This document shows, in pieces, positions 10,526 through 18,316 of a stretch of DNA of 64,000 nucleotides. The notes below the pieces were generated by a model. That model was given only the letters and a program-made list of their open reading frames with translations, did not search any database and was not told where the DNA came from. The translations under genes and the position numbers were made by a program. Source of the DNA: Chloroflexota bacterium (GTDB taxonomy: Bacteria > Chloroflexota > Limnocylindria > Limnocylindrales > CSP1-4). Within the stretch, counting starts at the first letter, position 1. Each line of letters begins with the position of its first letter. Where the stretch lies: positions 57,254-121,253 of the forward strand of contig JADMIG010000002.1 of NCBI GenBank assembly GCA_015478725.1, read 5' to 3'.

Positions 10526-10554
10526 TTGGCGTGTGAGGCTGAAAGCGGTACAGT
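10526..10554 (+). promoter_or_regulatory. Sigma70-like promoter TTGGCG-N17-TACAGT
   Basis: Read directly from sequence. Embedded in a locally AT-richer patch (ggaaggttaaggaatttacac) downstream of ppiB. Confidence 0.3.
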
Positions 10555-10560
10555 ATCGTC

Positions 10561-10745
10561 GCTGCGAGAGCGGCCAGCTGCCCCAGCTCCAAGGTCATGG
10601 GTAGGTAGGGTCAGGGTAGTCGGTGCAGCCGACGTGATAGATGCCCTTGGCGCGATGGCAGAAGGCGTCCCGCTTCGGCGGATCGCACCTTCACCGGGAC
10701 AGCAGCGGAGCGGTTCCTTCGGGAACCGCTCCGTTCTTTCTGTTC
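10561..10745 (+). ncRNA. Candidate ~185-nt small RNA bounded by a promoter and an intrinsic terminator
   Basis: No convincing ORF (the overlapping track ORFs are low-complexity). Ends in GAGCGGTTCC-TTCG-GGAACCGCTC followed by CGTTCTTTCTGTT. Confidence 0.25.
10708..10744 (+). terminator. Rho-independent terminator (10-bp GC stem, TTCG tetraloop, T-rich tail)
   Basis: gagcggttccttcgggaaccgctc + cgttctttctgtt. Confidence 0.5.
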
Positions 10746-10789
10746 ACCGCCGCCGACCACGTGGGCGCGCGGGTGCTGGATCCGACCGG

Positions 10790-11345
10790 CCCTTTTGAAA
10801 CGACCTGTGGTCTGTGCGATTCTCCGCTGCGTGGCGTGCACCACAAGCGCCGAAACGATCCGGCGCTGGATCCGCGAGGGCAGCCTCCGGGCCACCTCGG
10901 TCGGCCTGCAGTACGCACCCGCCCCTCCCGTCCGGATGGCCGCGGACGATCTCGGGCGAGCCGATGCGCAACCAGGTCGCCGCGGTACGGCGGTCGACGC
11001 GCCGCGGCAGATGTGATTCTCACAGGACGTTGTCGACAGCGGAGACCTGCCCGGCTTTCGCCGGATCCGACGACCGGCCGGGGTACGGCGCGACACACGC
11101 CGTTCCCGACAGGTGGTCTTCAGGCGGGCGTTGGTCACCGACTCCCCACGGGGCGCTGGCAGATCTGAGCGTGGATCGGGCTGGGCGGGCGCGGGGATCC
11201 TGCCCGATGCCCGGCTGAGGGCCACCTGTCACCGACCTCCAGACGAGCGCCCGCATGATGGCCATCTGCCGGAATCTCGAACGGAGGGCTGGCTCGATCC
11301 GATGGGCATCCTCGTCAAGGACGCGACCGGCAATCGCATCCAGCG
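10790..11345. mobile_element. Degenerate IS630-family transposase remnants: a plus-strand N-terminal HTH fragment (10795..11010) and a ~220-bp repeat R1 (~11100..11340, minus orientation). No intact ORF
   Basis: Plus-strand RPVVCAILRCVACTTSAETIRRWIREG...QPGRRGT resembles the IS630 N-terminal HTH / RPGRPP region. 11100..11340 is ~80–85% identical to the reverse complement of 25832..26050, which lies immediately upstream of a recognisable IS630 DDE fragment. Confidence 0.55.
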
Positions 11346-11398
11346 TTGGACCTGAGGCTGAAGCCATAACGTCGTTCGGCCGGTATCATCGACGCCTC

Positions 11399-11474
11399 GC
11401 GCCCGTAGCTCAGCGGATAGAGCGTCGGCCTCCGGAGCCGAAGGTCGCAGGTTCGAATCCTGTCGGGCGCGCCA
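11399..11474 (+). tRNA. tRNA-Arg (anticodon CCG)
   Basis: GCGCCCGTAGCTCAGCGGATAGAGCGTCGGCCTCCGGAGCCGAAGGTCGCAGGTTCGAATCCTGTCGGGCGCGCCA. Clean cloverleaf, anticodon loop CTCCGGA, encoded CCA. Confidence 0.9.
11458..11474 (+). repeat. 17-bp sequence at the tRNA-Arg 3' end (tcctgtcgggcgcgcca); left copy of a direct repeat
   Basis: Exact 17-bp copy at 12843..12859. Confidence 0.7.
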
Positions 11475-11788
11475 TTGACATACGTTTCCGTGGTCGGCCG
11501 CGCCCAGGCAGCAGAGGAACGGATACCTGCGCCGGGAGAGCGAGCGCGAAGCCGTGCGCTTTCCATCGCCGCCAAGATTGATGAGCCACGCCGTCGTGCC
11601 ATTCGGGTGGCCGACCCAGCGTCGATCGTCAAGCATGATCATCGCGACGAACACTGGCCGCGCCTTCCCAGTCCTGCGACCGACGAGCGAAAGTGTGACG
11701 ATCTCCCCGCAATACGAAGGGACGCCGAGCCTGACGAGGACCCAGAGGATGCGACCCGACCGACACTACCCTGGCCGGCGTGCGAGAG

Positions 11789-12223
11789 TCACCCGCTGTG
11801 GCCCCCTTCGCGTGCCCTCAGCACGTACGTGTCCCTGGTAAGAGTGCGGAATGACTCCGCGATGATCGCCTCGAGCACGCCGAGGTCCACCTTGTCGAGA
11901 TCCCGGATGTAAATACACCCGACACCCGTTGTGTGAGGTCCTAGCTGCGCCAGTTGTGTGCCATACCGCCCGATGCCGTCGAGCAGATAGATCGTCATCG
12001 CGGCTTTGCGCGGCGCGAAACCAGCGGCCGTCGCATCGCCCTCTCGGCCGCTCCTGTACTTGTAGTGGTACTGACCAAAGCCGATCACGCTGCCGTACTG
12101 CAGACGTGGCGACTCCCCCGTGGCTCGAGACATGAGGTCGAGCAGCTGTTCGGCATCCGCTCGCCGTTTCGGAGACGTAACCCCATCAAGGTAGGCCCGG
12201 ATGTCCTCGCTGGCCTCAGCCAT
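11789..12223 (-). CDS. DUF1801 (YdhG-like) domain protein
   Basis: MAEASEDIRAYLDGV...IGFGQYHYKYRSGREGDATAAGFAPRKAAMTIYLL. RBS AAGGGAGG sits 6 nt upstream of the ATG at 12223. The track ORF starts further upstream at 12289. Lower-GC codon usage. Confidence 0.6.
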   Translation of the reverse strand: MAEASEDIRAYLDGVTSPKRRADAEQLLDLMSRATGESPRLQYGSVIGFGQYHYKYRSGREGDATAAGFAPRKAAMTIYLLDGIGRYGTQLAQLGPHTTGVGCIYIRDLDKVDLGVLEAIIAESFRTLTRDTYVLRAREGGHSG

Positions 12224-12289
12224 GGGTGACCCTCCCTTGCCTCGCACCTGTGCATCAATGACGCCGCCGGTTGTCCGCGGCGATTCCAA

Positions 12290-12714
12290 TTACCCAATCC
12301 CTGTGAATATCAACTGGTCGTCGCGACAGTTCGTTCGAGTGTAGCGGCCGGCGTCGCGAAACCGAGTGCCTTGCGGGCGTCGATCGCTGCCCCCGACAGG
12401 TTGACGATTGCGCCGCACACCATGGTCCTCCATCGCATTGATCACGGGGTATTTGCCATGACGCAGCATCACAACCTCGTCAACGGAATCCCCATCGGGT
12501 CCGGGCGCACTGATGACCGCATTTGCTCCCTCGATCGCCTGGGCGACGGCGGTGGCGTCGGCGACCTGCCCAGCTGCGACCCGCACGCGCTCGCCGATCC
12601 GACCGACCTCCGTGGGTCGCGGACCAGCAGAGTCACGTCGTGACCCTTCGCGAGCGCCTGCTCGACGACGAGCTCACCGATACTGCCTGTGACTCCGAGC
12701 ACCGTGAGCTGCAT
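12290..12714 (-). pseudogene. Frameshifted NmrA-like / NAD(P)-binding oxidoreductase gene
   Basis: N-terminal MQLTVLGVTGSIGELVVEQALAKGHDVTLLVRDP (Rossmann GxxGxxG) in one frame (start 12714). The continuation ...GQVADATAVAQAIEGANAVISAPGPDGDSVDEVVMLRHGKYPVINAMEDHGV is in another frame (12586..12290). Break near 12600–12620. Confidence 0.55.
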
Positions 12715-12842
12715 CAGCCGATTCTGGCGAACGACAGCTCGGTAGGCGGAGCAACCGTAGCCCTGACTGGCAGAGAGGGTCGTGACATTCATCCCGTTCG
12801 AGCTCGTATCGCTCACTTGGCTGCATGCCGCCCACGTCCGAC

Positions 12843-12859
12843 TCCTGTCGGGCGCGCCA
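12843..12859 (+). repeat. Exact 17-bp direct repeat of the tRNA-Arg 3' end (attR-like)
   Basis: tcctgtcgggcgcgcca is identical to 11458..11474. Chance expectation for a 17-mer in 64 kb is ~1e-5. Confidence 0.7.
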
Positions 12860-12913
12860 CGAACACGCGTTCTATGTTGCTCAGGTTGCATGCGCCGGTC
12901 GGGCGCTCCGCCC

Positions 12914-13807
12914 CTACGTTCGACTCGGACTCCCGAGGCTGTCCACGAGTTGAACAAGCCATCGGTCGAATGCGTCTGCGAAGTCGTCGCCGAGGACGTC
13001 GAGATTCGGCTGGGGGAGCCCCTCGCTCGTGATCCGGTCCCGCAGAGACTCGACGACCCGCCGTGCCTCGATCGCGCGCACGGACGGAGACATCCCATCC
13101 TGCTTATGGAAACGAAGCACTTCGAGCGCCACACCGAACCGGGTCACCCAGTCGGGCTGGGCGATGGGCGGTCGGAGTCCCGGGAGGATCTCGCCTGGCT
13201 TGGTCGGGACGAGACGCCGCTCATTGCCCACGGTCCGTGCCTCGAGCAAGCCCGCCAGCATGAGCGCGTCCACGGCGAAGGCGACATTGGGCTTTGTGAA
13301 GCGCGTCTTGCGGGCAAGGTCGGCGACACTCAGACCGATCTGCGGAGCGGCCAACAGAGCCGCGAGCACGTCGGCCCGGGCATTCACCCCGAACGCGGCG
13401 CGCAGGCGGATGCGCAGTCGCGACTGTGACCGGGCCGATTCGAGTCGAGCCTTTCCTCGTGACGAGTACCCGGGGCGCGGCTGAGTCGCCATCGGCCAGG
13501 CCGGACCCCCGGCGGCGGCGACCGTGGCCACGTACTCGCCGATCGCTTCGGGTGGGGTCTTGAGCTCGCGCGCCACCTGCTTGAGACGCGATCCGTTGAC
13601 GTACCGGCCGTAGGCGACGCACCAGTCGGTGCTGACATCGCGCAGGCGCGCATCGGCATCGCCCAGCTCTGCCGTGAGCGCGATGAGCGCTTCGGGATCG
13701 ACCACGGCGTCGTCGGACTCGCCGACCGCGTCGACCCCGAGCGCGATCCATTGGATCCACGCCCGGTTGAGCAGGGCACTCTGGAGCGTGCTAGTCGAGC
13801 CAGCCAT
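12914..13807 (-). CDS. Hypothetical winged-helix/HTH protein, partner of the upstream nucleotidyltransferase
   Basis: 297 aa from MAGSTSTLQSALL (ATG at 13807, overlapping the upstream gene end by 17 nt). Central HTH-like LSVADLARKTRFTKPNVAFAVDALMLAGLLE. The longer track ORF (to 14302) is an antisense-overlap artefact. Confidence 0.5.
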   Translation of the reverse strand: MAGSTSTLQSALLNRAWIQWIALGVDAVGESDDAVVDPEALIALTAELGDADARLRDVSTDWCVAYGRYVNGSRLKQVARELKTPPEAIGEYVATVAAAGGPAWPMATQPRPGYSSRGKARLESARSQSRLRIRLRAAFGVNARADVLAALLAAPQIGLSVADLARKTRFTKPNVAFAVDALMLAGLLEARTVGNERRLVPTKPGEILPGLRPPIAQPDWVTRFGVALEVLRFHKQDGMSPSVRAIEARRVVESLRDRITSEGLPQPNLDVLGDDFADAFDRWLVQLVDSLGSPSRT

Positions 13808-14405
13808 CGGCGTCGTCCACCCCGAGTCGGCGGAGCGTTTCGATGAGCAGTGATCGGTAACCGGGCGATGGATCGTGCGTGACGGTCCAGCGAGCAGCGG
13901 CGAGGAGTTCGTCGCGGCCCGGACCGAGTTCGCGCAGGTCCTGTATGTGCCGGCTCCGAGGTCCCTGGTCGACGGCCGCGTAGAACTTGAAACAGACCAT
14001 GTCGAATCGACCCGCGAGCCAGGCGACGAGACCGCGGTAGTCGTGTCGTTCGAGGCGCCCTGAGAAGCCGTCAGGAAGGCCCAGATCGAGCAGCGACTCG
14101 GGACCGAGGTTGACCCAGTCGCTGGCGAGTCCGTAGGTGCGCGCGACGTCAACGACTGCGATGCGGAGCGGTTCGGGCATGGGCCGCATGGGCTTGATTC
14201 CGTCGCTCGTCCACTCGCCGAGAAGGTCGAGATCCTTCGTGGCGGGTCGCGTGACGAGCCCGCGCAGGATGAGGTTGCCGCCCCCGATGAGGACGACCTC
14301 ATAGTGGAGCCAGCGGGCCTCGAGGAGTTCTCCGAGTGCCCGGAGCGCTGTCTCGAGCTGGGTTCGTCCGATCGATGTCATTCCTCGACTGTAGACGGGC
14401 GCCAT
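13791..14405 (-). CDS. Minimal nucleotidyltransferase-fold protein (AbiEii/MenT-like)
   Basis: 204 aa. VVLIGGGNLILRGLVTRPATKDLDLL resembles the polymerase-beta-type GG...DxD nucleotidyltransferase motif of AbiEii/DUF1814 toxins. Confidence 0.5.
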   Translation of the reverse strand: MAPVYSRGMTSIGRTQLETALRALGELLEARWLHYEVVLIGGGNLILRGLVTRPATKDLDLLGEWTSDGIKPMRPMPEPLRIAVVDVARTYGLASDWVNLGPESLLDLGLPDGFSGRLERHDYRGLVAWLAGRFDMVCFKFYAAVDQGPRSRHIQDLRELGPGRDELLAAARWTVTHDPSPGYRSLLIETLRRLGVDDADGWLD

Positions 14406-14627
14406 GAAAGAGTCAATCTATCGAATCGATGCAATGAGTCTTCTTAATAGAGCACATGACCGAGCTTTTCTCGGTTCTCGCCGGTGGGTGGGCAGGCATC
14501 GGCCATGCACTGACATACCAGACGCGGCGATCATTTAGCCGACAACAGGCTGTCCGGGATCCGGATATCTGAGCCCTGTCCCGCCAAGTAGTCACACAAC
14601 GGGCCCGGCGGCTGCTATGATGACCAC

Positions 14628-14894
14628 ATGGACGTGGGCATTCGCGACCTCAAGGCACGCCTTTCAGAGCACCTCGACCGGGTGGCCCATGGTGAGGTGA
14701 TCACGGTCACCAGCCGTGGCCGACGCGTGGCGCAGATCGTGCCCATCCTGGGACGGGACAGCCTGGATCGCGGCCTCGCGGAGGGCTGGGTCACGCGTCA
14801 GGTGGAGCGCCCCCCTGAGCCGGTCCTCCGTCAGCGGCCACTTCCCGGAACACTGACGACGACCCAGCTGATCTCTCGGGACCGGGGGGCATGA
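14628..14894 (+). CDS. vapB: Type II antitoxin, Phd/YefM (VapB-type)
   Basis: MDVGIRDLKARLSEHLDRVAHGEVITVTSRGRRVAQIVP is the canonical Phd/YefM N-terminus. Overlaps the downstream PIN gene by 4 nt. TATGAT -10 element 9–10 nt upstream, so the mRNA is leaderless. Confidence 0.8.
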   Translation: MDVGIRDLKARLSEHLDRVAHGEVITVTSRGRRVAQIVPILGRDSLDRGLAEGWVTRQVERPPEPVLRQRPLPGTLTTTQLISRDRGA

Positions 14895-15295
14895 CGCTCT
14901 ATGTCGACAGCAGCGTGCTGATCAAGCGGTACGTCGCGGAGGACGACAGCGAGGATGCCGATGCGATCCTGCTCGGCGACACCGAATGGGTCACCGGTCG
15001 CCACTCGTTCGTCGAGGTTCTTCTGGCGATCCACCGCCGACTCGGGGATACGGAGCGTCACGTGGCGACGACGGCGTTCGAGCGTGACTGGCAACGCACG
15101 TTCGTTGTGGCTCTCGACGACGTGGTGTGCCGTCGCGCCGCGGAGCTCGGCATCGTCACCGGAGCTCGCTCCCTCGATGCCCTGCACCTGGCGGCGGCCG
15201 AGCGAGCTGGGGGCCGATCGGTGCCGATCGTCACGTTCGATGTGCGGCTCGCGCAAGCTGGCCGGTCCCTGGGGTTCGCGGTGATCGGGTCGTAG
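14891..15295 (+). CDS. vapC: PIN-domain ribonuclease toxin VapC
   Basis: 134 aa. The N-terminal LYVDSSVLI acidic pocket and later conserved Asp residues are typical of PIN domains. Confidence 0.85.
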   Translation: MTLYVDSSVLIKRYVAEDDSEDADAILLGDTEWVTGRHSFVEVLLAIHRRLGDTERHVATTAFERDWQRTFVVALDDVVCRRAAELGIVTGARSLDALHLAAAERAGGRSVPIVTFDVRLAQAGRSLGFAVIGS

Positions 15296-15315
15296 CGGAC
15301 GGCCCGCTTCGGCGC

Positions 15316-15831
15316 TCACGCCAGGAGCGCACCGACACGCTCGAGGGGTCGCTGCGACGGATGGGCGGTCACGCCATCGTTCAAGAAGGCCCGAGCGCAA
15401 CCACCCGCCAAGGCAGCATCGGCACCCGCACGCGCGACGACCAACGGCGAGGTCGGCACCCTCGTGGAGCTGGTCCAGATGATCCGGCGACGGGAGCCGC
15501 CGCTGAAGCCGGCGCCCGTGATCCTTCGTTTGGGCGGACCGACACCGTGCGCCGATCGTCGGGCCTTGGTGGGGCCTGCTAGCGTGAGCTCGCCGAGGGT
15601 CCCGCAGTCGGTCCATCGCGACGCCGCTTCGGCTACTTCCTCCGGGTCGAACCAGAGTGGAAGCTGCCTGTACCCCACCGAATCAGCTGTCGGGTTGGCG
15701 TGCTCGCGGTCGAGGTAGCTGTTGAACTCGGCAACCAGGGCGGCCATGGCCGCCATGGCCGCCACGAACCCCTGACGGTGCTCTTCCAGCGACAGCATCG
15801 ACAGACGCCGCGGGCGACGATCGAGTGTCAA
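15316..15831 (-). CDS. Hypothetical protein downstream of hipA (weak call)
   Basis: 171-aa ORF 13 nt after the hipA stop. The N-terminal half looks protein-like (EEHRQGFVAAMAAMAALVAEFNSYLDREH...). The C-terminal half is low-complexity and may be frameshifted. Confidence 0.25.
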   Translation of the reverse strand: MTLDRRPRRLSMLSLEEHRQGFVAAMAAMAALVAEFNSYLDREHANPTADSVGYRQLPLWFDPEEVAEAASRWTDCGTLGELTLAGPTKARRSAHGVGPPKRRITGAGFSGGSRRRIIWTSSTRVPTSPLVVARAGADAALAGGCARAFLNDGVTAHPSQRPLERVGALLA

Positions 15832-15843
15832 CGTCCGGGGGCG

Positions 15844-17094
15844 TCAGGCTCGAATCGCGTCATCGAGCACATCGAGCTCGGCACTGCCCAGGTCCAGGGG
15901 CCGGACCGTGTCGCGCCAGGTGGCGAGCGCCGCCCGGACCTCGTCGATGATGACCTCCGACTCCGATCCCGACAACCGGTAGAACGGGGCCGTCTCGCGC
16001 AGGACGTCGAGATCGCCCCGGTGGACCGCGCCATCAAGGGACAGCTCGTGCTCGGGCTTGCGAGGCGTGGGGTTCAGGTCGAAGGCCGGGGCCAGCCGCC
16101 AGCCCTCGGGCGTCCGCAGGTAGCCGTGGTTGCGCAGGTGGTCGTCACGGTGTGACGCCACGACGTTGAAGGCGGCACGCCGGAACAGCTGGGCCAGGTC
16201 CTCGCGGATCCAGCCGGGCGCCCCGTGGTCGGCGATGGCGAGGGCGATGTCGAGATAGCTCGCGTCGTCACGGTCGCGTCGAGACGTCATCGTCATCGCC
16301 GAGATGTAGAGGCGTCGCGTCCCGGGGGCCCGGTCGAACCGCCTCGCGGCGAAGATGCGGTGCCCATCATCGAGCGTCAGGAGCCGGTGCTCGGGCACCG
16401 CGATCCCGGCGCGGACCGCGAGGTCATTGAGCACGTACTCGCAGGCGCCGACATCATGGCGATCCATCCGCGACGGGAACTTGGCGATCCAGAGCGCGCC
16501 GCTCGCGCCCTCGAAGGTGGCCTTGGGTCGCGCGCCGCCGAGCGAGCTGCCCGGCGCGAGCAGGAGGGCCAACCGCTCCGCCTCGAGCGACCGAGCGCCG
16601 CGCGAGGGATGTTCGAGCTCCCGCGCGGCTGCTTCGAGCTCGCGGAGGCCGGCAATCGGCGGCACGCCCGGAGGCTCGTCGTCGAGGTACCGGCCGTCTC
16701 CGTCGACAAACCGGAGCGCCCCCATGCGCGAGAAGTCGCTGACGCCAAGCAGGAACTCCCACTCCCCGAGGGTCCGCCGGTGACGCCCCTCGGCACGGGC
16801 CAGGACGGCCTCCTGGCGCTCGAGGAGCGTCCGGCCCCAGCGGTCCGGCGCGGCGTCGGTGAAGACTGCGGCGATGCCGTCGCCGGCCCGCGGATACTGG
16901 TCGCCGGCGTACGGACCGTGAGCGGGGTCGATGACGAAGGCGTCGCGTCGGGCGAGCCAGGCCTCGTCATACCCGAACGCCACGACCGCGCCGGACGGCG
17001 ATGGGACCCGACGCAGCGTGCCCACACGGACCGGGCCGCCGAGCTCCGCGGCATCGAGCTCGACGATCACCTCGTGGGGCAGCTCGCGACTCAT
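15844..17094 (-). CDS. hipA: HipA-family Ser/Thr kinase toxin
   Basis: 416 aa. The GGARPKAT and DDHLRNHGY motifs are HipA hallmarks. Confidence 0.85.
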   Translation of the reverse strand: MSRELPHEVIVELDAAELGGPVRVGTLRRVPSPSGAVVAFGYDEAWLARRDAFVIDPAHGPYAGDQYPRAGDGIAAVFTDAAPDRWGRTLLERQEAVLARAEGRHRRTLGEWEFLLGVSDFSRMGALRFVDGDGRYLDDEPPGVPPIAGLRELEAAARELEHPSRGARSLEAERLALLLAPGSSLGGARPKATFEGASGALWIAKFPSRMDRHDVGACEYVLNDLAVRAGIAVPEHRLLTLDDGHRIFAARRFDRAPGTRRLYISAMTMTSRRDRDDASYLDIALAIADHGAPGWIREDLAQLFRRAAFNVVASHRDDHLRNHGYLRTPEGWRLAPAFDLNPTPRKPEHELSLDGAVHRGDLDVLRETAPFYRLSGSESEVIIDEVRAALATWRDTVRPLDLGSAELDVLDDAIRA

Positions 17095-17411
17095 CGGTCC
17101 GTGGTCCGCTTCATGCGCCGCGTGGGCCGGACGACGGCGTCGGCGAGCCGGCGGCCGAGCTCATCGTCCGCGGCGACGCGGGCGATGTCCTCGTCAAGCC
17201 CCAGGACGCCGAGCGCCCGGACGAGGACACCGAGCCCGACCGAGAGGTCCCCGTGCTCGAGGCTGTAGAGGGTCATGCGGGAGACGTCCATTCGCTCGGC
17301 CATCTCGGTCGCGGACATGCGCCGGCGTAGGCGGGCAAGGCGCACGCGGTCTCCCAGCGACTCCGCGAGCCGCTGGTAGCGCGGGAACGATGGCAGCGTC
17401 TGCTTGCTCAT
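17091..17411 (-). CDS. hipB: XRE-family HTH antitoxin HipB
   Basis: 106 aa from MSKQTL. The XRE-type HTH MSATEMAERMDVSRMTLYSLEHG is present. Overlaps the hipA start by 4 nt (ATGA). The track ORF extends upstream. Confidence 0.75.
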   Translation of the reverse strand: MSKQTLPSFPRYQRLAESLGDRVRLARLRRRMSATEMAERMDVSRMTLYSLEHGDLSVGLGVLVRALGVLGLDEDIARVAADDELGRRLADAVVRPTRRMKRTTDR

Positions 17412-17626
17412 GTCCAATATGTTAGACGGTAGGGTCGCTATCGTCAAGCTATTTGGACACTCGGTTGGTGCCGCCGCGGGATCGGGATCCGGACGACAAC
17501 GTGAGGGCGTCCACCGTGTTCGGCAGGCGATGGGCGAAAACGATCCGCCGCCGATCCGAGCCCGCGCGCTTCGTGCTTGTGACATATGATTGCGGGCGCA
17601 ACCACCGCGCAGGAGAGAAGTCCCTG

Positions 17627-18256
17627 ATGACCACCCAGTCAATCCCGCCGCCGTTCACGGCACCCGCACCGACCGAGCGCATCGAGCGCGTGGCTGAGGC
17701 CCTCGGGCGCCACAACATCGAGGCGATCGTCGTCGCGATGGGTGCGGAGGCCCGAGAACGGGTGCTCTCGATGATCCCAGCGGGCGCCGAGGTCCACTGG
17801 AGCAAGTCGCGGACGCTCGAGGAGATCGGCCTCACGGCGGACCTGCTCGCGGATGGCCGCTATGACGCCCTCCGACCGCGGTACCTCGCGATGGATCGGG
17901 CGACCCAGGGCCGCGAGATCCGCAAGCTCGTCGGCGCCCCGGACTTCATGCTCGGCAGCGTTCAGGCGATCACCGACGACGGCGCCCTGGTGGTCGTGTC
18001 CTACTCGGCCAGCCAGATCGGTCCGTATGCGAGCGGAGCCGGCCGGGTCATCCTCGTCGTCGGCGGCCAGAAGATCGTGGCCGATCTCGATGAAGGCCTG
18101 CGCCGCGCCCGCGAACATGTCCTCCCGTACGAGGACGCGTCCCTTCGGGCGCAGCTCGGAGTTCCGACCCGGCTTGCCGAGCTGCTCGTCATCTACGAGG
18201 CGGCGCGACCGGGTCGGATTACGGTGGTTCTGGTCCGCGAGGCGGTCGGCGTCTGA
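17627..18256 (+). CDS. LUD-domain (LutC/DUF162-like) protein
   Basis: ~210 aa from MTTQSIPPP. RBS AGGAGAG and a TATGAT-like -10 lie upstream. Similarity to the lactate-utilisation LutC/YkgG family. Confidence 0.65.
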   Translation: MTTQSIPPPFTAPAPTERIERVAEALGRHNIEAIVVAMGAEARERVLSMIPAGAEVHWSKSRTLEEIGLTADLLADGRYDALRPRYLAMDRATQGREIRKLVGAPDFMLGSVQAITDDGALVVVSYSASQIGPYASGAGRVILVVGGQKIVADLDEGLRRAREHVLPYEDASLRAQLGVPTRLAELLVIYEAARPGRITVVLVREAVGV

Positions 18257-18316
18257 CGATCGTTCTGCCGGGCGCCCGGGTGGGCGCCCGGCGATCCATG
18301 CCCGGCGCGGCTGGCT

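Noticed and set aside
10469-10798. 109-aa ORF in the candidate sRNA interval
   Set aside because: Low-complexity, crosses a strong terminator hairpin, and has no RBS.
12914-14302. Full 462-aa version of the minus-strand ORF
   Set aside because: The first 165 residues are Ser/Thr/Arg low-complexity read out-of-frame across the nucleotidyltransferase gene. The real gene starts at ATG 13807.
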